NCBI GenBank assembly: GCA_010093995.1 | Contig: ML992501.1 | Span: forward strand, 1,642,566-1,667,371 | Source of the DNA: Elsinoe ampelina | Lineage: Eukaryota | Reading direction: 5' to 3' | Length of the DNA stretch: 24,806 bases | Shown: positions 12,076 to 22,254 of the stretch, one piece after another | Numbering within the stretch: position 1 is the first letter of the stretch | How the letters are laid out: every line of letters begins with the position of its first letter | Program-made: the position numbers and the translations under genes | The notes under the pieces: model-generated | Databases searched by the model: none | Seen by the model: the letters and a program-made list of their open reading frames with translations, nothing else | Told to the model about the DNA's origin: nothing

Positions 12076-12998
12076 ATGGCTGGTCTTTTGAGGAAGTTGT
12101 ATGACTGGCTATTAAGCTTGTTCTGGTAGGCATTCTTCCGCGGGCGACGAGGCAGGATCTGCTTCCGAGATCTCATCTTGCCGACATGTGGCACGGATGC
12201 CACGTAGCCATACCGTGAACACAAGGCTGATCGGATCCAGGTCTTCGGAGATGGATGTGACGATCGTCGGGTTATCGAGTGCTGGCAAAACGTCACTCGT
12301 CCGTGTGCTTGCGGTCAGTAGCGTATGGGAAACCATGGAATTAATGACTGACTTTGTTGCAGGGAGGCGAATTCACCATCAAGTATGAATGACTTACAAC
12401 AGCATTCTTTGCCAGCGCTGATCATGACCAGCTCGATACCGACAGTCGGTTTCAACATGAAGAAAGTGACCCGTGGACACGTCACTCTCAGATGGTATCG
12501 CATTGCCCGAGAACAATTTCGTTGACTGGATCACTGATTGCTTCCAGCTGGGACATCGGCGGCCAGGACCGGTTCATTCCGATGTGGAAACGATACGCTC
12601 CAGGATCCAGCGCCATCGTGTAAGTCTCTCAAGAAACGATAGGCAACGCGAATGCTAACAGCAGCAGCTTCGTGGTCGACTCAGCCAACCAAGGCGATAT
12701 GGAGCCCGGAGTACGAGATGAAGACAAGTCAGATCCGCCAGATGTAGACAGTGGTATCAAGAAGGCAAAGCGGGCCTTGCACGACCTGGTAAATGCTCCC
12801 CGAGTCGAACAAATTCCTCTTTTGGTCCTCGGCAACAAATCGGATCTGGACAACCATCGATCAGTGGATACACTGATAGAAATGCTAGACCTCCAGTCTA
12901 TCACTGGCAGAGAAGTCAGTTGTTATGGTATTAGCGCCAAGGAGGAGACCAACCTGGATGCTGTTCTCAAATGGCTGATCAACAAGGCCAGTAAATAG
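12076..12998 (+). CDS. ARL8: Arf-like small GTPase, Arl8 family; exons 12076-12125, 12241-12313, 12363-12382, 12432-12494, 12548-12619, 12668-12998
   Basis: Spliced product MAGLLRKLYDWLLSLFWSSEMDVTIVGLSSAGKTS...[27 protein letters not shown]...LVLGNKSDL...REVSCYGISAKEETNLDAVLKWL. G1-G5 boxes present, amphipathic N-terminus without Gly2; five GT-AG introns preserve the frame. Confidence 0.92.
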
Positions 12999-13695
12999 GT
13001 CAGCTGGGATGACATCCAGGGACAAATGGTGGACGACGGCTTACAGCTTTCGAGCTCACCGAGAAGAGGTGGGACACCCGCTCGAAGTGCTGTTCAACCG
13101 AGTATTGCTTGTTGCTTCCGATGGAGTAGAACAGACGGAACGCAGTTCGAGCTGCTGACCAGCAATGGTCACACCGTGATTGTTGAGTCACGACTTATGC
13201 ATCAGTAACGATATGATATCCCATTATAATGAAACACGGATCCGCACTGCCGACCGATCGTTCTTAGTTGCTATGCGATCGTGCTGTTCTGCGATCGTAT
13301 TTGGGCAAGCGAAGTGCTGGTATGTTCACAATGTCTCGACAAATGGCGGTGATGATAAAGACAGTGGTCCAGTCAGAAGGGAAATTCTGTATTGAAGCGA
13401 AGAAGCGATTGTAAAAGTCGATGTCAGGGATTTGCATGTCTGCCACGCTGGCATGCATGGAACCTACCTCAAAGTAGATAGGCCCCAAACAAAACACGAC
13501 ATGTAGACCGAGATCTGCAATCTAGGTTCGCGTGATTCGATTTTGCATCACTGCAGACTGCGGTGGCACTATTTGAGACGTCGTATCGACAATGGAATAT
13601 CCAACAAGCACAGGTAAGGTATACAAGCATGTGACAGCACATTGGTCGTGTTCGGTGCCACAAGAAAAAAAATAGGCAAGACTATGGTTCATTCG

Positions 13696-14030
13696 GGGGA
13701 ATGCTATTTACCCCCCCGTTTTTGCTAGATACCCCCCCCCAGGGCGCTAGTGCGCGGGAGGCTGAACTTATTTTACGTGCCCCTACTCACGGTATATACT
13801 TAACACCTGCCTAGCGGCGAGCGACCTAGCTAAAGATCTGTCCGGCTCGCACGAGCGTAGCGAGTAAGAGTATATATCCTTTTTATAAGGATTTAGTCCT
13901 TATAGAATAGTAGATTCTACGTAGATTGTTAAGTAGTTCGATTAAGGTTTAGAGCTACGGGCTACTCCCGCGTGGTAGCGCCTTGGAGGGGGGTATCTAG
14001 CAAAAAACGGGGGGGTAAATAGCATTTCCC
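13696..14030. mobile_element. Non-autonomous DNA transposon (MITE), Mutator-like, 335 bp
   Basis: Imperfect terminal inverted repeats of about 65 bp (GGGGAATGCTATTTACCCCCCCG... / ...CGGGGGGGTAAATAGCATTTCCC); exact 9-bp flanking duplication GTTCATTCG (13687-13695, 14031-14039); no transposase; TpA-rich interior. Confidence 0.92.
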
Positions 14031-14705
14031 GTTCATTCGACGCTCTGGCAGCCAATCAGAGGTGGTCAGGTCTAAATTCCCGGCACGGATCCAATCATCG
14101 ACAGGGACATTTCCCCAGCCGCAAATGCCTAATCCGGACACACCATGCTCGCTGCTTACAACTTTACCTAGGTAGCCTTTCCAAATTACTGAGGCAAGGC
14201 ATAAAGTGGTGCAGAAAATCAGCATCATTTAGGCAGAGGACTGTAGTCATCATTTGCCGCATGCCGACTTGTTTCCGTCCGGTCTGAACTCAGTCATCTC
14301 AAATCAAGACAAATAGACGATCAAGCCACTCGGCGACGTAATTGCCAAGCGGCAGTGCAGCCCGCCGCCAGTTTCTCAGAGGTCATCCACCAAGCACAGC
14401 CCGCCCGCCGTGTCTCTGCCGCATGCCGTCAGCCCTCGTCACCACTTTTCCCATATAATCAAGGACCCCCGCCGTCAGACCTTCTCCACCACCTACCAAA
14501 CTCCACCAAACCACCGTCTGAGATACCGGCGCAATCATGTATCTCGTCGACAGAGACCTCATCGCGCGACAAAGCAGGACGTAAGTGCTCATCTCACCCT
14601 CATTTCACCTGTCTCAACCGTTGCGCCGCAACGCTGCGTTCGCATCACCTCACATTCCTCCATCATCCTCACCTCTCCCTCTTCAACATCCACAAACAAG
14701 TCCAA

Positions 14706-15167
14706 ATGACTTATTATACCTACAGCTGTGGCTACGACCGCTACGGTCGCTACCGCTGCTACTCCGCCTGGGACAGCTGGGTACGCTGGCTCGTCTTCGG
14801 GCTGATCGTCGGCGGCGCACTGCTCCTCTTCCTGCTCTTCTCCTGCATCTCCGCCCGCCGCCGCCGCAAGGCCGGCTACCGACCATTCTGGGGCACGAAC
14901 TGGGCCGCAGGAAACACGCCCATGGGCCACGGTCGACCGCAATACAATGGCCAGCAGCCCAGCCAGTACAACATGAACAACAACGCGCAACCGTACTATG
15001 CGAACAACGATCCTACTCAGCAACCGTACCACAGCAACAATCCGCCTCCATATAACCCGAATGGCCAGAACGCGAGTTACTACAGAGGCGAGACGGGCGT
15101 GAGTGAGCCTGCCGCGACGTATCAGGGACAGTACAAGCCTCCTGAGGGACCTCCTCCTGGAAGATAG
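14706..15167 (+). CDS. RCR-family (chitin synthesis regulation / Congo red resistance) single-pass membrane protein, 153 aa
   Basis: Short Tyr/Cys-rich N-terminus, W..W.RW followed by a hydrophobic TM segment, basic stop-transfer ARRRRK.G..P..GT.W, and a Q/N/P-rich tail with PPPY and terminal PPEGPPP. Confidence 0.8.
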   Translation: MTYYTYSCGYDRYGRYRCYSAWDSWVRWLVFGLIVGGALLLFLLFSCISARRRRKAGYRPFWGTNWAAGNTPMGHGRPQYNGQQPSQYNMNNNAQPYYANNDPTQQPYHSNNPPPYNPNGQNASYYRGETGVSEPAATYQGQYKPPEGPPPGR

Positions 15168-15650
15168 ATGGGACCAGAGAGAACACGAGTAAGCCGGAAG
15201 AGTAAAGGCTTGACGAACGCATGGCACGAACCGAACGGCGTGGAGCTATTTCCTTGGATTCGAAAGAGGGGCTGGGCAAAAGATCATGATGGGATACCCA
15301 AAGGCCTTTGTCGTGCTTGAGGAGCATGTACGATATTGTTACGAAGAATTTATTTTGCCTAATTCTCCTCCTGACTTTGTCTCGCTGTGATGATGTGTCG
15401 TAGTGTGCATTTGACTCAATCCGTCGTGATACACTATAGCGCGTGGCAGTGTAGTTGCTGTCGACCACAATCACAGCTATAGTGAATCGTACAACTAATG
15501 AGTTCACGAAAATTCATCACGTGCCATGAGCAACGTAGCATAAGGACAGACAGTAAAAGAGTGACATATTTTATTCAGCGAACGACCAGGCTACCTCCCA
15601 TCATCTCGATCATTTCCCTGCGTCTTGAGCAGACCATTCGGTAGCTCAGT

Positions 15651-16687
<1,037 letters not shown>

Positions 16688-16698
16688 CTACGTGGGGT

Positions 16699-16903
16699 CT
16701 GCTTTCTCGTTAGGATGCCACATTGAAGTGGGACATTGCGATAGCATGAATCCTTCCGCTGGTATTATCCAGAGATCAAGTTCAGGCCGTATAATCTCAG
16801 AACAACGTGTGGAGGGTCAGTCTGAAGGGTGACTTTAGCACCTCTCTCCAGATCATGGTCTGCCCCACGTCGAACACCGGCTCATGCTTCTATAGGTAGT
16901 TAC
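16699..16903 (-). promoter_or_regulatory. Riboswitch-containing 5' UTR intron of THI4 (proximal 5' splice site to 3' splice site)
   Basis: GAG|GTAACT donor at 16903, branch point CTAAC at 16713-16709, CAG acceptor ending at 16699, 20 nt before the ATG. Candidate distal donors: GTACGG (16996) and GTATCG (17080). Confidence 0.75.
16743..16888 (-). ncRNA. TPP riboswitch aptamer in the THI4 5' UTR intron
   Basis: Minus strand reads AGCAUGA-GCCG-GUG...[long P3]...CUGAGAUUAUA-CGGC-CUGAACUUGAUCUCUGGAUAAUACCAGCGGAAGGAU-UCAUGCU: P1, P2, the CUGAGA motif, P5 and the GAUAAUA loop are all visible. Confidence 0.97.
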
Positions 16904-17969
16904 CTCGATCATGTTTGGATGTACCATCCTGAAAGGACTTCTCCCGCCGCAATGGGAGTCATGCTGGTCGACGTAGGTGGAGGGCGATCACCGTACCGAG
17001 GTGGGTGTTTGACGTCTGCCACGTGCATTAGTTTATGGTTCTCTACTCTAGGTGAAACGCCAGGTCGAAACCCTCGATACTTTACGGGAGTTTGGTATTT
17101 TGGGAATATCCGATTCTCGTTTGTGAGGGTCGAAAAGCGTTTGTGGGAAGAAGGACAAGCGAAGGGGACGAGAGGAAAACCCCCTCACTAGAGCTGTGGT
17201 GGGGGTTGAGGAGAGACCCACTTTTCCTGCGCTTCGGACATGATGAGCGGAAAGAGCCAATCATGGTTTGTTCTTCCAAAATCATGTCAAGCTCACGACA
17301 CTTTCCATCGTCAAGCGCTGTCACAGCATGGGTGCAAATCAAGCAATCTGAAGTCGACCAACGATTGACCAAGTGCCTGAACCCAGCAAGGATGTCGATT
17401 GACTCGGTTTAGCCGAGCAAAGGATCGTCGCTGGGTCTTGGGACTTCAGCTCTCCATTCCCCGGTCTGTCATACACCTTCGGGGAATCAACATGCATGCA
17501 TCGAGGCACCTCAGCACGCGATTGTGATCGCAGTCGACCACGAAAATCTTCTGATGTCAACTGCTCCACGTCTGTACGAGAAATGGCGCCCTGGAACAAG
17601 GAAAATTGGCCTCTTCCGGGTTGGTATTGCCTGCACTATCCCTCTTTGGTGTGGCTTTCGGACGATCCACCACCTTGTCCGAAGGTCTGATAGACGGATG
17701 CCCACTCCAACACGACCCTCACACGCCTAGTCGCCTGCACGAGCCGAGAGAACGGTCATGTAATAGGTTTGTGTGCGCGCGAGTCGAACTTTCCTTCGTT
17801 TCCCTGAATCTTCTATCGCATATACATCCTTCGTCATGCTCACATATCCTTCCCAACATCCCAGTCGTCTTACTTGCAGTCAATTCGGATATCGTGCCTG
17901 CCGGTGATTCAGTCTTTTCAACTTCTTTCGACACACTCTGCAATCATGATCATCTGCCCAGCCCCCATT

Positions 17970-18966
17970 ATGCCTCGCAACTCGCCAATGTTCCTGGAAG
18001 TGCCAAAAGCGCTCCCACACAGGCGAGCGAGGTCGCGCTCACGTCCTCGGGAACCAGAATCTCCAGGCCGGCGAACTCGTTCAAGGTCCCGCGGCTCGCC
18101 AACACGAGTGGCACCAACGCCTACCAATCTCAAAAGCACATCACCAACAAGAGGTCACCGTCGTTTGTTGAGTAGTGGCGGCGGACGGAGGTCGATCGGT
18201 TCACCACCACCTCTCCGGACTTCATCGCCAAAGACATTGCCATTGAGGAAGAAGACTCCGCCACCGCATCTGCTTCTACACAAAGCTGACCCGGAACCTG
18301 TCCATCCGAGGGAGATATTCAATGACTTGAACGGCGACTTCTACACGTTGCCGCCATCTCCGAGCCCTCCGCCGACACCAAAACTGCCTTTGCGAGAAAG
18401 ACTGATAGGTGCATGGAAGCTGGAATCATATATCGCCTATCCCACAGCATCATCACCGTTACAGCGAGCGAAATACCCAATGACAAAGAACGTTACTGGG
18501 CTGATTATGTACACGCCTGATGGATACATGAGTGCACAAATGCTGATACCCGGCCAACAACAATTCAACAAAGGACCTGGTGATGATTCCCAATGGGCCG
18601 AAGCGGGTAAACGGTGCTTCGCTTATTGTGGACCGTACTTCATCAGCAACGATGGTCCCGGTAACGAAGAAGTCCTTCGGCACAGCTTCCAATTTTGCAG
18701 TCTACCGGGATGGATCGGAGATATCCAGATCAGGACGTGGCGATTCGAAGAGGATGGAGACGTCCTCGTCCTCGGCAGTCAAGAACCGACAGAGGTCAAG
18801 GTACGATGACCTTGCCATTGCTCGCCGATATTGGCAACATACTAACACTGATTAGGGTGACTTTAGGATCCCCGTACTCAAATGGCGAAAATGCAGAGAC
18901 AACTCCGGCGGCACACCACCACCCCCAGTACCGCAGATCAAGGTCAGCGGACCTGGAGAACCATAA
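17970..18966 (+). CDS. Lipocalin-like domain protein with Arg/Ser/Pro-rich N-terminal extension; exons 17970-18800, 18856-18966
   Basis: LIGAWKLESY...GLIMYTPDGYMSAQM...AYCGPY...PGWIGDIQIR...LKWRK pattern typical of the lipocalin-like (Lipocalin_5) family; intron GTACGA...ACTAAC...TAG. An alternative in-frame ATG exists at 17946. Confidence 0.82.
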
Positions 18967-19159
18967 TGGCGGAATACTTGATTAGAATGAGATACCCAGA
19001 CAAACAAACCAGAAGGCGGCAAAGAGGAGGGATACACCAGACCACCAAGGGGCTACCACTCGCTAGACAATTTGTACCACCAGATATGTAAATACCCCAA
19101 ACCAAACGTAATGGACACGATGAATTCGTAATCTTTATTTTCGCGTTGCTATGGACATT

Positions 19160-20218
19160 TTACGCAAGCTTATACACAATCTTCTTCCCGCTGACCTTGC
19201 CCTCCTGCAAATCCTTCAGTCCCTCAGGGATCTTCTCAATAGGCCCCTCCCTCACATCCGCCGGATGCGTCTTGATCTTCCCCTCGGCCAACAACTTCTC
19301 CGTGAGCGCCCAGAACTTCTTCCCGAATTCGTAATCCGCCGGGTTCGCCGGGAAATCAATCTGCTGGGGACCAAACTTGAAGCCCTCACCCACGATACTG
19401 TACGCCAACGTGGTCTGGATCTCGATCTTCTCGTTGGGCACCTTGTCCCGTCCGACCTGTAGCAAGAAGGAAATCTTACCCGCCTGGTCGCCGATGGCTT
19501 CGGCGGAGATCTTGGGGCTGTCGCCCTCGCTGATCGTGTCGAAGACTTTGGTGAGCTTGCCTCCGGTGTAGTCGTGGATTTGCTTGCCCACGTCGGCGTC
19601 TTTGTAGTTGAATGTCTTTTCCGCGCCCAGGCTCTTGACCAAGGAGTCGTTGTGGGGGCTGTTGGCGCTGAGGACTTTGTACCCGCTGAGTTTGGCGAAT
19701 TGGATCGCGAGGGTGCCGGTTGCGGTGCTGCCGCCGTAGACGAGGAGGTGTTCGCCGTTGCCGGAGCCTTCGCCGGGGAGAGTGAGTTTGAGAGATTGGT
19801 AGAGACCTTGGCCGACCGTGCTGATGCCGACGCCGAGGGTGGAGGCTTCTTCGAACGAGAGGTTGTCTGGGATCTTGGTTGCGAGGTCGCCTTTGATGAC
19901 GGCGTAGTCGCCGAAGGCGCCGTCTTCGTGCTCTCCGCTGTTGACGCCGTGGGTGAAGCCAGTGATGCGGTCACCTTCTTTCAGGGACTTGGTGACTTTG
20001 GGACCGACTTTGACGACTGTTCCGGCAAGATCGCACCCAACGGTCGCGCCGTCAGATGGGATGTAGACGACGTGCTTCCAGTCAGTAGGGTTGAGAGCTA
20101 CCGCGTGGACTTTGATCAGGGCATAGTCGTCTCGGAGCTTGGGGGTGGGGACAGTGCGGACTTCTGCTGTCTTGTTTGAGGTGCTCTTCAGAGCTTTGAT
20201 CTCTGATGGGACGGACAT
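19160..20218 (-). CDS. MDR-superfamily oxidoreductase, trans-enoyl reductase / TOXD-like (352 aa)
   Basis: AVALNPTDWKH, GCDLAGTV, LLVYGGSTATG, VSGKKIVY motifs; intronless, strong codon bias. Confidence 0.93.
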   Translation of the reverse strand: MSVPSEIKALKSTSNKTAEVRTVPTPKLRDDYALIKVHAVALNPTDWKHVVYIPSDGATVGCDLAGTVVKVGPKVTKSLKEGDRITGFTHGVNSGEHEDGAFGDYAVIKGDLATKIPDNLSFEEASTLGVGISTVGQGLYQSLKLTLPGEGSGNGEHLLVYGGSTATGTLAIQFAKLSGYKVLSANSPHNDSLVKSLGAEKTFNYKDADVGKQIHDYTGGKLTKVFDTISEGDSPKISAEAIGDQAGKISFLLQVGRDKVPNEKIEIQTTLAYSIVGEGFKFGPQQIDFPANPADYEFGKKFWALTEKLLAEGKIKTHPADVREGPIEKIPEGLKDLQEGKVSGKKIVYKLA

Positions 20219-20466
20219 GTTTGATGATGTGCAGGTATTCGACGGGGGATTTGGTTGTGTGGTGTGCAGGATGTCAAGGAAGAATGTTGACGCAGTTCTG
20301 AACGAGCTGAAGATACACGCAGGACCCCTTGGACGTGTTTACAAATCAAATCTACCTGTAGCTTCACCGCCATCTATTTGCCGTGTCGCCATTCTTCAGG
20401 CTTCGATGTTCGAAAAGTCCAAACTCAATCCGGAGCTGCTCCTCGGTTGATCAATGACGTTTTTCT

Positions 20467-20608
20467 TGTTGTAACTAGCAAATCGGATCGAGAGACGTGT
20501 GTTTCATTCAGAGAGTTACAATAACCAATTTATCTACTGTGCGTGCGCTGACTTATCAGTACCAGTTCTTTAGTACTAGAGAAGCTATACTAGCCTTCTA
20601 TTATAACA
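20467..20608 (-). repeat. Putative 3' LTR (about 142 bp) of right retrotransposon
   Basis: Bounded by TGTTGTAA...TTATAACA inverted termini and adjacent to the PPT; partner LTR is not in the window. Confidence 0.75.
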
Positions 20609-20618
20609 CTCCCCCTCT
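20609..20618 (-). promoter_or_regulatory. Polypurine tract of right retrotransposon
   Basis: Plus-strand CTCCCCCTCT = minus-strand AGAGGGGGAG immediately preceding TGTTA. Confidence 0.85.
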
Positions 20619-20968
20619 AGTATAGATTGCTAAAGCTAGAGAACTGTCCTATCATATGTAAGTGAAGTAATTAGCTTATTACTTTATCTCTTTGTGATTG
20701 CTTATAATTGTTAGTGTTAGCCAATTATTAGTGAGAATTCACTATCAGTTTAGCTTATAATTGCTAGCAACAATAGTAACTATTAACAATAGCTAGGCAG
20801 CTATTGTTTATGTAAATAGACTGGCTTATAAGTCTTAATTAAAGAGATATAAGTATCTAACTAGCCTCTTTATAATTTCTCTTTCCTTTATTACACTTAT
20901 AGTAGTAGCTTTTTCTTTTATATAACACTTTTACCTTCTTACTATGCTATATTAATAATACTTATAAT

Positions 20969-22122
20969 ATAAGCGCTATAGTATAGTAACAGCTAGGCAT
21001 TAGTAGTATTACTACTAGTGCTAGTGCTCTAAGTAGTCTACTAGGTAGCGGAGGTAGTAGTAAGAAGAGAAATCCTCTATTAAGGTTGCCTAGTACTTCT
21101 AATGTTAATTATAATACTACTATAAGACTAATTACTCGTCTTAATACTCTTAGTAAGTAGCTATAAAGCATTAATAGTACAAGCTAATATTAATAGCCTA
21201 ATTAACTTAGACTTTAACTTAATAGTTAGTCGACATAATCTAGAATACTCTCCTTAGGCTTAGGATAATTAGTTATTATAACTATGCTAACTTGTATCCT
21301 ATCTAGAGGTCTATAGTAGTCTAGGCCTTTAGTACCTATAGTATACACCTAGTAGTTACTAATTCTATTCTAGTTAAGGATCTAACTAAGCAAGTTAACC
21401 TTACTAGATCTGCTAACTACTCTACTACTTTAATAGCTTCTAGTGCTACTAGTAGAGTAGTCTACTATAGTACTAATCGCTATACTAAGTGTTAGGGATC
21501 TAACCCTAGTAATAATTAGAGCAAGAGCAAGAGTAGTAAGTTTAGTAAGTGTATTACTTTACCTAGTTAGCTTAATAAGGCCTACACTTACTATACTTAT
21601 AGCAACTAATATACTAGATGTTTCTTAGCTAACTATACTCTAACTCTAAGGCCTATTAGCTCTCCTAAACCTATAAGGACCCTAAGTAGCTTAAGGGTTA
21701 TTACCTAGCCTATTCTATATAGCCTAATACACCTACTAATAGAGCTCCTAAGGTCTATCTCTTTTAGTAGTGCTTTACCTTAGAGGTTCTTACTAAGGGC
21801 CTATATACTAGAGGCATTATTAGGTATAGTTAATACCTCAACAACTTATACTAACTCTTGCTACTTTATAGTAGTCCCTATAAACTTTGTAGATCCTACT
21901 AACCTAACCGCTACTAAGGTTCGTAACTTAGCTACTATAGTAACAAACTATATAGCAGAGCTTATAAGGATTATAGCTACTAGCTACTCTAGTTAGCTTT
22001 CTCCTATTTATGCCTTTATACTAGGTCTAGCACTAACAAGGCATAGTAGGTCTAGATCTAACACTTCTATAAGGTCTACTAGTAGTAATAAGAGAAGGGG
22101 TTCTCCTTCTACAAAGAAGTAA
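20969..22122 (+). pseudogene. RIP-degraded extra gene inside the copia element, antisense to pol, one intron (21153-21196), Cys-rich DUF3716-like domain
   Basis: Stop-free frame 20996-21152; GTAAGT...GCTAAT...TAG 44-bp intron whose removal joins it to a second frame, ending KRRGSPSTKK-TAA; internal stops are only TAG/TAA (RIP products of CAG/TGG/CAA). Start ATA (ex-ATG) is inferred. Confidence 0.7.
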
Positions 22123-22254
22123 TTAGAGGTAGAGGATAGGTAGGGGTTATTAAAGGTAATAATAGTACTAAGTAGTAGATATAGCTTAGGTATAAGTAGC
22201 TAGTAATAGAGTTATAATAGCTTTTCCTTTCTCTCTTCTTAATAATAAAACAAT

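Noticed and set aside
13962..14228. 88-aa minus ORF overlapping the MITE end
   Set aside because: Runs through the TIR homopolymers; no transposase features.
14355..14705. 117-aa GTG-initiated extension of the RCR-like ORF and overlapping ORFs 14585-15055 and 14589-15227
   Set aside because: The region reads like a CT-rich 5' UTR; ATG 14706 has good context (CAAATG); the other ORFs are GC-rich shadows.
19252..20179. 240-aa and 201-aa overlapping ORFs in the oxidoreductase
   Set aside because: Alternate-frame and antisense shadows caused by codon bias.
20944..20946. Intact ATG as the start of the antisense cargo gene
   Set aside because: Its frame is dense with stops before the intron; the frame through 20969/20996 is open and splices correctly.
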